Assembly: GCF_009834535.1 (NCBI RefSeq)
Contig: NC_045707.1
Location: forward strand, 63,552,001 to 63,616,000
Origin: Camelus ferus
Lineage: Eukaryota
Direction of reading: 5' to 3'
DNA length: 64,000 bases
This document shows, piece by piece, positions 39,564-53,527 of this stretch (the stretch's first letter is position 1; each line of letters opens with the position of its first letter). A program made the position numbers and the translations under genes. The notes under the pieces were generated by a model, which searched no databases, was not told the origin of the DNA, and was given only the letters and a program-made list of their open reading frames with translations.

Positions 39564-40226
39564 CCCTAAACCTTTTAAGAACTCCCGTAAAAGAAAACAG
39601 CAGTCTTGGGCCACTAAGGTCTTTTAAACAGAAACGAATAATAATCCAAAGACTAACACCTCTCAAATTGAAGGGTACCTTTCATCAAAGCTGAGCTCAT
39701 GAATTCCAAGTTTTACATACCACTAATTATATGTAATTATTTATAAATATTTTATTTGAATATAATTACATGTAATCATTCACTGAAAACCAAAACAGGA
39801 AATGATAGATCGGACCTCTTTTCTGGGAGGAAAGCAGAGTCATTTACATACAAACAGTCATTAAGCAGAAGAAGGTCTGAGTGACAATGCGAAATCCAAA
39901 CAGGGCGGTGGGGCAGAGCCAGGATGAGCTAGCAGGTGGGCGCGTAGGAAAATGAGATAGGTCGCCCAATGCTGCCATCTTCAGGTCACTGCTGATAGTA
40001 CACCACTCTGCGCCGGTTCTGGTCTAGCCAAACGCGCAGCAAGTGCGTGCAGGAAGGAACTCAGTCCAGGGCCACTGAGCACACCAACAAAATCCACCTG
40101 GTCCCTGCTGAGTTATAAAGGACAGGCTAGACATCCTTCTTATGTCTGGTGTTAGGTGCCTGAAGCTCTTGCTAAGTCACGTACTCCAACTAAAGAGATG
40201 TACACGTTTTTCAATCTCTTTTCAAC

Positions 40227-40360
40227 TTTTTGTTTGAGGGGGTGGAGGTAACTACGTTCATTTACTTATTTATTTTTAATGGAGGTACTGGGGATTCAAC
40301 CCAGGACCTCGTGCATGCTAAGCACACGCTGTACCACTGAGCTATACCCACCCCCCGCCC
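40227..40360 (-). mobile_element. Vic-1-type SINE
   Basis: tttaatggaggtactggggattcaacccaggacctcgtgcatgctaagcacacgctgtaccactgagctataccc. Confidence 0.92.
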
Positions 40361-43300
40361 CTCACCACCACTTCGTCATGATCTAGAAAATAAACTCCCA
40401 ATACTTATGAAGCTGGGGCCTTCAGGACCCTGCCCCGCACAAGTGTAATGAACGTCTCCTCTGTTTGGTACCCATGTCACAACGAAAGGCTCAGTCCCAG
40501 AAAGGAAGAATGCCACGCAAAGATGTCCCGACACCAAGGGTCTGCACCTCCCATAGATGCAGATAAAAATGCAGACAACAACACAGAGAAAGGGCCCTGG
40601 GTCTCACAGCCTTGCTTTCTCTTACATCTTTCTATCGAACAACTAGCATGTCAAAGAATACAACTGAAAAAATGTTGAGAACGTGAAGTGGGTCCAAGGT
40701 TCCCACCCACTCACCCCTCTATCACTCAGCCCCAGCTGAGTTTCAGCTGCATCAAATTTCAGTTTACAGGCAGCAAGTACCTTCTCACCTTTGGCCAAAA
40801 TTCCCTTAACCTTGAAACTGCAAATGATAACAGGACTGGAACAGGAATGAGGCTTGAGAGCTAAGCAGGAAGCTTTGGGATAGAAACAATCCACATCCGG
40901 AGACAACAGTGACAATGGAGGCTGCCTTGCTTAAGCCACGGAGGTCTCACTGCCCCCAAAAAGCCTCCCAATCACCACTTAATTGTCACAAGGTAGGAGA
41001 CTTCCCACCAGACAGCAATTTGCTCATTGTTTCTTTGACCATTTAAACTGCCAACACTCCCAAGAGTCGCACATAAAACCAAATTTGCAGTGATTACCCC
41101 CAGACTTTGTTTGCAGAGCGAGGGTTCCTGACTAGGCACACACTCTGTGGGGCTGGGCCTCAAAAGATAGCAGAGGGGGATTCCTCCTGCTTCACTGGTT
41201 TACCCAGGGCTAGTCCCGTGTAAAATACAAGTGTAAGAAATGCTGGAAACTTAGAGCTGGAAGACATTGGTCTCCTGCAGTCTGGGGGCTTCAGCCGCTC
41301 CGTTACCACCGGCTGTTCACACCATGTCTCGAAGCCACCCCTTGGCAAAAGGAAGCCACCTGCCATGTGCTCACAGAACTGGGGGCCAGTCACCGCCTAG
41401 ATCCTAGGTATCGCTGTCCAGATGCCTTGCAGGCGCAGCTACACTTAGCTATCCGCACACTCCTATTTTACTATGAGCCTCTAAATGAAAATCACTGTAG
41501 CTCTCAGCAGATCACAACTTAATACATTTTTTTAAAATTTATATTTGTTAAATCCTACCGCTCTGAGCTCTAGTTGAGATTATAAAAGTAGCTGAAGATA
41601 TGGTCCCTATGCTTGAGAAAGAGACAATACGCATGGGGAGACAGGACGAATATAATAATAATGCTCTATCATTTTATCCCACCACAAACTTCTGTCTTAA
41701 AATTGCAGTGTGCTTGCCTGTCTCCGAAGACAGGGATCTGAAGCTTGTGTCAGACTTTGAAGGATAAATGGGATCTCAGACGAGTCCCGGGAAGAGAGGC
41801 CATTACTGGGAAGGGTACCGCTGAGGGGCTGGGGGAGTGGGGTGATTGATGGGAGCCCAAAATGCGAATCATAGGAAGATAGAGGTAAGTCAGATTATGG
41901 AATGTACCAGACCACAGGCTCCACTTGCCCCGGCAGAGACCGCCTAGTTCACCAGTGGTTCTCCTCCCACCAAGACAGACAAAAACAAGTCGAGAAAAAG
42001 AAGACAGTTGGGATCTGAGTAACGTCTTGTCAGCCAGGAAAAAACCAATGACCCTGAATTGTGAAAACAGCAATACATTGTCCTAGGTTAAGAACAGCCC
42101 TGGAATGAATTAAAATGTAAAAACCTAAGCTCTGAGGAAACATTATGGTAAACCTTGTGGAAAATTAATCATTAAATGTAAGAGGCACATCCGTAGGGAA
42201 AAAAAAAAGCATCAGCAGAAAACGTTTTTGAAGAATCCATTGACACAGGCGATTTTTAGCAGCACTGTTTCAGTCGGGGCTTTCCTGTGTGTTTCTTAAC
42301 TACCCTTTCCTGTATCTTTTTGGCGGCTTTCAAGTACAAATGGATGATTTGTCTACGTGCCCTCTGGCCATTTCAGTTTTACTGCCCCTTCTTCAGCATA
42401 TCTGAGAGCCTTTCCAACTTCGAAGGAGGCCACCTGACTTATTATCATTTAACACTTACTAGTTTTTATACCAGGCTTGAATGGTACTTTTTAATTAGAA
42501 AAATAAAAAAGAAGCATCTCACCCTCTGCCTCCTGCTCATGGACTAACAGGAACGACAAGCCTCCACTGAACATCAGTGCTGCCCAAGCTGTTGGTCCAG
42601 CCCGAAAACGCCAACAAAACCCACTCCAAGACACTCCGTCCCCAGGGCTCGACGTCAGGTCACAACGGCCATGTGGTGGCCTAGTTACAGGCTTTCACAG
42701 ACCCCACCGTCCCAGAGTGCAGGTCCAGACATCTTCACATGGCAGAAAAGACCCCCCGGGACCTCACCCCTGCCTCCTCCAGCCTCATCTTTCAGCCCTT
42801 TCGTCCCGATTGCCCACCCCTCAAGGGACTCTGCGTGCTGCAGACCAGCGGGCTCTCTTCAGTTTCCCGTCCAGCCTTTGCACACGGCTGTCCCCCTGCC
42901 CAGGATGCTCCGGTCACAGCTCAGCCCCTCGGCCTAATTCCTGCCAGCCTGCCAGCCCGCCAGGTCAGGGGGTCCTCCTCTACCCTCAGTGTAGCACGTA
43001 CGGATCCAGACAGAAACTTCCAGTCTTCTTGCCTGTTCCCTCCACCAGACCCTGAGGTCCAGGACAGGGTCTGACTTGATGCTGTTGCTTCAAGGCTGGT
43101 CTCTGACACCCTACATGACAGGGAGCAGGGACTCTGCAGATATGGAAGGAAGGGGGGAAATGGCTAAGCAAGAAAGGATTTCCCAGTGGGCCCATCTGGA
43201 AGATTCCACGCCAATCTTCCAGATCAGTAACTCCTACCCTCAGCACAGCTTCCAATATTACAGACTTTTTGAAAAGATGAAAATCCCTCTACTGTGGCCA

Positions 43301-45009
43301 TCAAATCATGTTTTACTTTCAGCTTCAGAGGCAGACTGGTCCCTTGACCTCTGTCTATGTCCCACGTGACACCAGCCCGTGGGCCTCGGAGCCCGCGAGG
43401 AAGGGACGAGCCAGCCTCCCTGCGGGCCCTCGGGAGCCGGGATGAAGTCTGATGGGCAGGTCTCTCGGGCAGAGGCTCAGCAATCTTGTGGTTTCGTGGC
43501 TCCTGGCCTCCATTAGCAACCCTGAACACCCAGGGATTCCGACATCTGGATCCTCATCCGATCGTGTCGGGGGAGGGGGATGGTTTTCAGTTTGCCGTTT
43601 CTGAAGATTGCACCATCCAAGAAAAATGCCCAGTGCGCTTGGCCAGGGTGGGAGGAGTGGGGCTGTGATCCATGCAGCCCCTGAAGTGCCCCACAGCCCA
43701 GATGGTTCAGAATGAGCAGCCCTGCCTGGACCTTCCTGCATCAGACCACAGCACGTGAGAGATGCTGCTGCCTCCTGGAGATGAACTTATGCGATGACCA
43801 GCCGTCCGATTCTGTTTGCCACAAAAGTCTGTGGCTCTTTCAAAAGGATACTAGGAGCACAAACAGGCTACTTTCTAATGCCTCCTGAACCTGCCGGTAT
43901 TTGGGTTTCACAAATCAAAGGCTTGTTTTATATTCAGTTTTTTTCCCAGGACCCTAGATGTTGTGCATGAGTCTCAGCGCACCGACGCCCTGACCAAGCG
44001 ATTCACAAGTGTGGCTCTTCTTTTACAGAAATCCCATCTATTTACAAACGACCCTTTGCTGAACTTACTTTACAACTAGCTACCTTGAAATGGCTAAACT
44101 TCACTCTGAGGACTCACACACACACACACACACCCATCATTTTCGTACCAGGTGCATGGATCAGCATTCCATTTATATAGAAGTTTCATCTGCTTTGCAC
44201 AGAAGAGCTACTTAAGCAAATGCTGTAGGTTTGGCAGTGCCCAAGAACTGACTTTTATAACCTAAGCAATGCTGAGCACCTTGAAGGAGAAGAAAACTGA
44301 TGAGGACTCTCTCAGCCGTTCATCGCGTGGCCTGCCCTAAAACGTTCTGCATCAAATCACACATTCTCCCCAGATGTGGTGATTTTAAAGGTCAGCTCTC
44401 CGAGGCGCGTATGAAAAACGAGGTTTTTACCGACTCCCAAGTGAGCCACGGGTAGTCACCACCGCCTTTAGAGGGCCGTTTTATTTTTATTCCTGCACTA
44501 CGGAAAGCAACACCCTCCCAGACATCAGGACTAAAAAGCCGGCACTTTCTCGGCTATTTCTTTCCAGGCAAGACCAAAACTCTTGGGAAATGATTATACG
44601 TCTGAAAACTGGAGAGAAAGGTGCATTTAGTAGGGCGAGCCACTCTCGCCGCTCCATTGCACTGAGCTGTCCTCTGTATTAGGTTTTTGTTCATGGAGTC
44701 ATGTTTCTTTTCCAGTCACTAACCATCACCAGTACCATCATCATCTCTCACACCCAGAGCCGACACTCACCATCTGTACGTGCAAATGAGGTTGAAAAGA
44801 TTTCCCTATGAATTGGGGTCCCTGTCACAATGGGGGCCTGTAGGTAATTGAAACTCTAGATGGAATTTCAGCTCAGTTGAGCTGCCCTGGCTTTACTAAT
44901 AATCACTGCCAGTGCCTGAAGCCTCCACTCTGCCACCAAGCGAAACCCCTCACGGCGTGATCACAACAGCCGCCAGAGGCAGAAACTGTGAAGGTAACGT
45001 AACATGGTG

Positions 45010-45330
45010 GATTAGAGCATCGGCCTTGGAGCGAAAGGCCAAGGTTCAAGGGCAGGTTCGCCTCTTTTTTGACCTTAGGAAAGTTAGCCTTTCTGAGTCT
45101 CAGGTTCCTTGTCTGTAAGATGGAGAAAATAAAATGAATAACTAACATTTACTGAATTCTTCCTACATGTCAGTGCTACGCGCACACACACACACCCCAT
45201 TTTACAGATGGGGAAACTGTGACTTAGATCAAATAACTTAGGAAAGTTTAGGAGCGAAAGTGTTGGATTGGAACCAATTGTGCCTGACCCCCAACATCCC
45301 TGTTTTTGTACCGGATCACACTGCCCACCT
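45010..45330. mobile_element. Two adjacent MIR fragments in opposite orientation
   Basis: tgaccttaggaaagttagcctttctgagtctcaggttccttgtctgtaagatgg, then ccccattttacagatggggaaactgtgacttaga. Confidence 0.7.
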
Positions 45331-46849
45331 CTGTTCTCGGTGACTGAGCGCTGCAGGACCTAGGACTTGATATTTATGCCACTTTCTTGATAATTGAGCT
45401 GGGTGTGTGCTGGGAGAGATGGGGGCCTGTCTAGCTTGCCTACAGTCATCCTTCCCTGGCTTGCCCTGGGGGAGATGCCTTCAGTCTCCCTTGTGGCCCC
45501 TGGACCAGTCACATGGCACATCACAGGTCTGTCACACTAGAAACTAGCCATGACAGGAAGCCAAGTCTTCCGAGTCTTGCCAGTGAAAAACAGCACTGCC
45601 ACTAGCCCAGCTCAGGAGAGCTGAGACTGGGATCGATAAACTGGGTTGGAAATGAAACACATCCTGTTTATGTTAAAAAGTCATATTAAAAAGCACAAAA
45701 CTAAATACTGCGTTGTATTGCTTTAAACTACAGCAATCTGCCTACATTGGATACAGATGCATTATCTGACAGGCATAAAATAGACCTGGTAAAGGACAGC
45801 AAGAATTCGTGAGACAGTAAAGAATGGTACGATCTGAAATATTTTGGTGCTTCATGACAAGCTATTTTGCCAAACTGGTTCCGGCTCTGGCTACCAAGAG
45901 AACCTGGGTGTTTGCTGCTGCCTGGAATGCCAGCCTCTCTGTTCCGTCTCCCTTCTCCTCACCAGCAGAGTCTCCTAGTCAGTAAAGGGGGAAAGGCAGA
46001 TATCTGAAGATGAAATTTCACTTCCCAATTCAGTATCATATGTCCCATCTAATGGGAACAGCAACTCAGCTCTGGCCAAGTGCGTCTCAGGTAAAGGCAG
46101 ACTGTTAGAGAGGCTGGTCTTTTCAGGAGAAACTGGGAGTCTGGGCCTTTACATGAGAACCTCTGATGTGGATGTGCTGGCCATTCTTTACATTTAAGCA
46201 AGACATGAGCTAAATATATAATTTTTTTTTCTTCCACAGACATTAGCCGGAACCCCCAGGACAACATGATTTAAAAACCCTAAATCTAGCTTTGTAGCAA
46301 TAACTTGCCTCCGGGACTCCCCAAGTGTCTGTCTCTGCTGCCTCGCCTGCTTTTACACCTTGCCCTGACATCCTGAACTCCTGAGAAGTGGTCTGGTGCA
46401 CCAGATCAGGACACAGAAAACCCAGATGCCCAGCCTCTGCCCTTATTTTACTGTACGACCTCAGACAAGTCATTTCACTTGTCTGAGCCTCCCTTTATGC
46501 ATCTCTAAAATGGGGATTCCTTTCCTTGCCAAGTGTTTACTGGGCACCAATTGTGTATATAGCACCATGCGGATAGCAGGGAGTGTGCTTGGGGGTAATG
46601 AGTCCTGCCCATCCTCCAGGGCCACTGCGGGACTCTAATGAATACATACATGCCAAATGCTAAATCAATGCAAGACGGCTCTGATTCTACAGACTCCCCT
46701 TCCTGAGAGGCGTGGGCTTCATCACAGGTCAGCAGTTCCTGAATCCCAGCGGGAAGAGCTTTGCAACATGTAGACAGCCCATTGGGATACAAAGGTTTCC
46801 TGAAGTATTTGCATCTATTCTCTCAGCAAGCATATATATGATAGCAAAT

Positions 46850-47092
46850 TAAAAATTACCAATTTGACTGCTGAGAAAGTCTTGCCCTAGGAACCACCTT
46901 TGATTCCTCTCCCTGAAACTGACCTAAACACCCTCCTTTCCCTATCTCTGCACTCAAGTTATACTTAACTGCTTATCTGCAGCCTTCACTAGACTGTAAG
47001 TCCCCAAGAAGCGGAACCATGTCCACCTGTCTCACAGTTGAATTCCCGATGCCTCCCACATAGTGGATGCTCAGTAAATATTCACTGAATGC
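46850..47092 (+). mobile_element. L2 3' end
   Basis: cactagactgtaagtcccc..cccacatagtggatgctcagtaaatattcactgaatg. Confidence 0.75.
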
Positions 47093-48029
47093 TTTCAGAG
47101 CTCTGGAAAAGATCGGTAGTAGGAATCCAACAAGGTCATGCCTTTGCTAAACTTCTTTGCAAAGAAGCAGAATCCAATGGCTCTTTTCAAGCCGACGATA
47201 ACCTTGACTTTTACCTTGGAAGAACTCTTCTTAATTATATCTGAGAGACAAAAAGGTGAACAGCCCCAAAAAAGTTTTGTGAGAGCTACACATTTACATG
47301 TTTCTAAAGTATGTCATATTAAAGTATCTCTCCTTGTTTTATTTCAGAGAACTTTTAAGCCTTGCTAGTTCATAGGACGTCTGCGTATATACATGGAGAC
47401 ACATCCAAAATGCCTCAGAACTTGAGCAAGCAACATCTTTGGGAATTCTTCCAGTAGTTTCTTTGCATACTTTTATGTTAATGCAACCATTTTACAGCCA
47501 AACTGTGAATACCTGGCTTAAATTCTCAGGAACTTGAACTCAGAAGGAGGAGCAGCCAAGATTTGAAACCCCAAATTTACGGCTTTCTGGGGTTCCTAAG
47601 GGAGTGTTGCCTGTACCAACGAACAGCATTACTCCTCACCTGCTTGAAAAGCACAGACAGTATCTGTACATTTGTTTTCCCCACCTGCTTCCTGCAACTT
47701 GCCTCACTCCACGTTCACTCAGGGGAGGCCTCCTCCCCCTCCAGGGAGAAGTTTGACATCATTTAGGGGAGGCCTTACCTTGATCATTTATGGTTAAAAC
47801 ACTTCATGTTGCAAAGCAGCCTGCTGTCTCCAGCGAAAACCCCTTTGTAATAGAAACTGCACAGTCTGCATTTCTGAAAGGAAAACCTGAGTTGTTGAAA
47901 GTCAGAGAATTAACCAAGGGCACACTAAGAGCAGAAATTCTCTCCAGGGGCCTCTCCTGCAGTTGAGTCTTACCAGCATGGTCACCTAGATACTTAAGAA
48001 TGAGGTCATGTCAAACACACTAGCCGGTT

Positions 48030-48270
48030 TTTACTGAACACTTAGCACTGGGCTGAGCAGAATTACAATGTATTATCTCATGAATCCTCAACAGTTCTAC
48101 AAGGCTGGATAGCATTATCCTTCTCATTTTAAAGATGAAGAAACTAGGGCACTGAGAGGTTAACTAACTTATCCAAGGCTGCCCAGCCGGTAAGTGATGG
48201 ACCCGGCTGCGAATCCAGGTAATCTGACCCTAAAGCCTGCACTCTGGACACCCAAGACATACTGCCTTGC
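48030..48270 (-). mobile_element. MIR, near full length
   Basis: ttactgaacactta..tattatctcatgaatcctcaacag..cattttaaagatgaagaaactagggcactgagaggttaactaacttatccaagg. Confidence 0.8.
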
Positions 48271-49084
48271 TAATCGGTCCCTAAAGTGCACAGGCTTAAG
48301 GAAAACCACATGGTGTCGTATATATAGTAGGGTTCACTATATTTCATCCCAGCTTTCCCTTTTCCTCCCTACTGGTATGATTACCTGAGATCAAGTGCTG
48401 TGGGAAAGGGCGTTTATGATCTTACTCAAAAAAAGAACAGCAGGAGGGGTGAACATTGATTAAAGCAGCACTCACTAATGGGGACAAGAACAATGCAAAA
48501 TTTGAAGACCAAAGATGGAAATACATAGGAAAACCAAGTTTTTTTCAATTTTAAAAAGTGCTATCCGCTCATTTTTTTCTCCAAAAAAAAAAGGAAAAGC
48601 AAACGAAACTCATTAGCTACATCTGATGTTTCCTAAAACACTTTGCAACTTAACCTGAGTGAAAAGTTGTAAGTCCGTAAGTCTAGAGTGCTTCCAATTT
48701 CTTCTTCCTTCTGTTGATGTAAAAGATAGTCTCTCCTGACGGCACAAGTGTCCGATAAATGGATGAACATTCCTACTGCTCCTTCTTCCAGAGCCAGGAC
48801 TCCCTTTTACTATGTTTTTATTTGACGTGGTAAAATGACTTTTCAGAAAAACTAGGAGGCTATACACCAAAATGCTAACGCTGGTTATCACGGCTGTGTT
48901 GTTACAAATGATCTTTACATTCTTTTCCTTGCTTATTCATTTTAAAAAATTTTTTTCTACAATGAATATATGTCACTTTTGTAATAAGGAAGAGAAACGA
49001 AGGTTTTTGCAAAGACTTCTCGTAACGGAAGCCCTAAATCACCCTGCCTTCCCTCCACTGCCGAGGGAATGGGGACTTTTTCCC

Positions 49085-49280
49085 GGTTTTACTGAGATAT
49101 AATCGACACCCCTGACTGCATGAATTTAAGGTGCACAGCATAATGGTTTGATGTACGTACACTGAGGAATGGTTACCGCAAGGAGTTTAGTGAGCATCTA
49201 TTATCTCGTATAGAAAAAGCGGGAGAAAAAAGTGTTTCTGTGATGAGAACTCTTAGGATTTACTCTCTTCACAATTTTCA
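49085..49280 (-). mobile_element. L1MA-like 3' end fragment
   Basis: tttactgagatataatcgaca..tttaaggtgcacagcataatggtttga..tgtgatgagaactcttaggatttactctctt. Confidence 0.8.
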
Positions 49281-50332
49281 GGATTTTGTGTGGACGCTAG
49301 AAAGGACAGGCTTTCAGACTGATGTGGCCCCCCAGGCGATTCAGTCCTCCCAGTCCTCTCAGCATTTCTTCCTTACACCTTCTCTAGACCAAAGCCCTCC
49401 CATGACAGCATTTCCATTTTCTGGGAGACCTCTTCCCAGTATGAAATCCACCCATCAGAAACAGTCCAGAAATGCCCATCCTGACCGTGACAAGCATATA
49501 AAACTCGAAGCAAACTGCAGTACATCTACAAAGGGAGCAAAGAGATTTTTAATCGCTGTGTGTTCCATCCCATGTCGTGTTTCTCATTATGCTCCCATTC
49601 ATTGTGGCTCGTAATGTACAGTAATACATTTTACATCTACTAAATGTGTTCTGGGTTTTTATATCACAGTTCAGAAGAATAGCTTTGGAAATCCTTTTGA
49701 CTCCTTTATTTGAAAACTACATTTGTAGAATGAGGTAATTAAATTCCTATAGTTCGATATAACATTATCTCCACTATTCTAGCTCATAAAAAAAAAAATC
49801 CCAACCATCTTCTCTCTGCTTTTGCTAGACATGGAATTACAACACAGATATTTCTGTTAATACAAGTCTAAGATTTTGAAAGCTGACTTTATTGTAGTTA
49901 AACCAGAAAATTCCTTCTTTATGGAAATTAAAATGACTGCACAAATCTTCTGTGCTTGAAGAATGCATTCTAGCTTACTTTGAGAAGAGAAAGTAAGTAG
50001 GACTCAATGTCAGGGCTTCTGAATCACAGGGAGGCGTTAGCTCTGGATGAAGAACTCGAGAATTTAGGGGCGTGAAATTAGTCAATAATATGACTAACTC
50101 CTCTGGTGCAGTTAGGGTTTGGGGGGGTAAGGATGAGATCAAGTGGTGTCAAACATGGGGATGATGTAGGTAACTGCACAGCCTACATCACAAAATATTT
50201 CATTCCATTTGCTCCTGATCCAGCATCAAGGGGTAGGCGAACATCTCCACTTCAGAGAAGATATTTGAGGCACAAATAGGGAATGCAATTTGTCCCTCAG
50301 TAGAAGGTTAAGAAGTAACAAAGCCGGCACTC

Positions 50333-50644
50333 GTGTCCTCAAAAAGACCAGAGATCACAGGTGTTGGAAAGGATGTGGAGAGAAAAGAACCCTCGTGCAC
50401 TGTTGGTAGGACTGTAAACTGGTGCAGCCACTGTGGAAAACAGGATGGAGGTTCCACAAAAAATTAAATATAGAGCTACCCTGTGATCCAGCAGTTCCAC
50501 TTCTGGATATAGAAACAAAGGAATGAAAATAAGATTTCCAAGAGATATCTGCACTCCCAGGTTTATTGCAGCTTTATTCAAAATAGCCAAAATAAGAAAA
50601 CAACCTAAGTGTCCGTCAATGGATGGATGGATAAAAATGTGGTA

Positions 50645-50685
<41 letters not shown>

Positions 50686-51185
50686 AACAGAATAGTATTC
50701 AGCTATGAGAAAGAAAGAAGTCCTGCCATTTGCTACAATGGATGGACCTTGAGAATATTATACTGAGTTAACAACTGTCAGACAGACAAATACTATTATA
50801 TCACTTTATGTGGAATCTAAAAAAAGCTGAATTCATAGAAACACAAATTAGAATGGTGGTTACCTGAAGATGGGGGTGAGGGGAAATGTTGGTCAAAGGA
50901 TGGAAACCTCCAGTTATAAGACGAATACGTTCTGGGGAGCTAATGTACAGCATGATGGTTATAGTTAATAATATTGTATAATATACTTGAAAGTTGCTAA
51001 GAGAGTAGATCTTAACTGTTCTCATCACAAAAGAGAAATGGTAATTATGTGAAGTGATGCAGGTGTTAGCTAAAACTATGGTGGTGATCATTCTGCAACA
51101 GATAAGTGTATCAAATCAACACACTGTACATCTTAAACTCACCAGTGTCGTAAGTCAATTTATATCTCAATAAAGCTAGAAAAAG
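50333..51185 (+). mobile_element. L1 (L1MA-like) ORF2 end and 3' UTR with TSD; contains a (TG)n(TA)n microsatellite at about 50649-50683
   Basis: gtgttggaaaggatgtggagagaaaagaaccctcgtgcactgttggt..tatatctcaataaagct. TSD caaagc(c/g)ggcactc at 50319-50332 and 51186-51199. Confidence 0.92.
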
Positions 51186-52729
51186 CAAAGCGGGCACTCA
51201 AACCCACTTCAGGTTCAGACCCTTTGCCCCACATCACACCACACCACCTACTGCCCATCCACACATCCCGAATTCCATCTTCATCAAGTGCTGAGAGACT
51301 CCAGCTGCGGACTTGTGGTGCTACTGTGCAGTAAAATTAAGTCGGTACAGAGCTTAGCACAAGAACAGAGAATGAATGGGTAACAAAGCAGCTCTATTTT
51401 TTTGCATTTCCAAATATCTAAGATAGGTTATTGAGGTTTTTTTTTTTCCTCATCTGCAATTGTATGATGGTTCCCTGAGGACCCTAGGAAATAGTTACAA
51501 ATGATGAAGATTTGAGTTGCAAAAATGCACAAGTATTCCAGACTGCAAATAGATTTGTGTCTAAACAGAGTGAGCAACATACAGCTAATTTTTTAAATTT
51601 CAGATAGCAGCAGTGGTCTCATCATAAGATAAACAGATGGCAAACACCTACCACGGCAACAATGAATTTGTAAATGAAACATATACAGACAGAGCCAAGT
51701 AATCTGAGCTCCAGTATCAAAGTTCTCAGAAGAGAGTATAGTCAGAAGGGAGTGTGGCCTTGGAGCATCCAGGCAGAAAAAAACCTAAGGAGGGGCTGAT
51801 GAAAACAATGACAGAGGACAGGACTGAAGCCTATGGGGCTGGTTAAAGAAATATAGTGCTCCATGCAAGGCGAGACAACTGTCCTATATTCGCAGAAGAC
51901 ATAAAAGGGAAAGTAATGAGTTGGAATAGATATTATTAACTTTTAATTAAGTTACTCTTAGAAATAACACACAAACTAATCATCCATCCAAACATCTCAA
52001 TTAAAAATGCGTAAGACGGAATTCCTTCCAGCCTTTTGTCAGCTTTGTATCAAATGATCCAAACAGCCCCACTAGTTCAAAGACTCTACATGGAATAAAT
52101 AAGCCTGGGGCTTATTTCCAGCTTTCTGTAGAGATACTAAAATGGTCATTTTTAATGTCATCCCTCTGCAGAAAGAAGTAGAGCTGGGCATGTCTTTTAA
52201 AAGCCGGTAAGTTCCCCACCCCAGACAGGTAAGCAAAGTCATAAGAGACCAGGGAAACAAGCTAATTCTTCCACAAGCAGGAAAAAATTAATTAGCAAAT
52301 GTAGCCAACTAAGGTTAGTCTTACAATTACACTTCTAATGTGAATTATAGTCAATTATTAGTTTAAGGCTGACTGTACAGTTCATTACTGCTCACAGCAT
52401 GAGAAAGTCCTGCTTATACCTGGAAATTCAAACACACTTGATTTATGGCCATCCAAAGCCCCAAACAATGCAAACTTTTTATTTGGGACAAATAAATTAT
52501 TTGTTTTGATAAACTACAAACAGAACCTTATAATATTAATTTTTGACAACCCTTTCCTACCAAAAAAAAAAAAAAAAGAAATTAGCTGGTGATCAGGTCT
52601 CTGCTTACAGTGAATTTCACCTTTTCAAAAATATTCTAGATTTGTATCTCCCACACTGTGCTCCTTGGAATATTAATAGCTTGGGATGCTAACATGTGTC
52701 CCATAAAAAGAGACTTTTGCAACCATATA

Positions 52730-52900
52730 ACGTACTTTCTTAATTTTCAAGTTCCCTTTTTCACACTTTAACATTTCTAAAATGGAGCTTCCTACAGCCA
52801 ACGTCAAAATTTTTGCCGTCTTTTCCCCCCTGAAAAATAAAAGCCACTAAATTAAGGGTATGTTCTACAACCGATGGCATCTAAAATGGAAGAAACACGG
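52730..52900. mobile_element. Short Tc2/MER104-like DNA transposon fossil
   Basis: Termini cgtactttc ... tacaaccgatggcatctaaaatggaagaaacacgg. A related shorter piece lies at about 61300-61400. Confidence 0.45.
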
Positions 52901-53527
52901 TCAGTTTGGAAAAATTATTTTTTTTACCACTTGTAGAGATACGCTCTGCACATTGTCTTAGTAAAGGCCTGGAAAAGTCTTTAAAAACGAAGCTGTTTAT
53001 GTAACCCAGTGTTTCCCAAATATTCTAGGAGAGAATATTCCATTCTATCAGAGACCCCATAGTAACATTTCATGAGCCTCAACGTCCTGGGAACACATCC
53101 TGGGAAAGACTGGCCCTTTATCCCCCTTGGCCAAGACTCTTCTCTCATCAGCTTTACCAAGACCCAGTGACAGAAGCCCTTCATCAGGACGTGAAGGTAA
53201 ACATGTTTCCTGGTTGAACTGAATACAGGACCTAACTAAAACTCTCTGTAGAGCGAAAATTCCAACTGGGCCAGAGGCCGATTTATTCTGCTTGGGAAAC
53301 ATCTGTGGTGTGTTCCTGCTGACTGCTTTATCCAACAAGTGATGCACAGCTTTGTCTGTTTCAAATGCCTTTATGATGTAAGAAATGAATGGACCAAACT
53401 GACGCCACCTGCATCGCAGGAGGCGTTGCACTGTTTGGGGAGAGGCGTCAAAACAGCAAATGACCTGGCGCTCAAAGACGCAAGGGTCCATTTTCAGGCC
53501 CCAAATAAGTGCTAAATAAACTCACGT

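Noticed and set aside
39929..39944. CTCF-like word ctagcaggtgggcgc (similar words at about 728-743 and 27501-27514)
   Set aside because: Each departs from the core consensus at informative positions; cannot be supported without a PWM scan or ChIP data.
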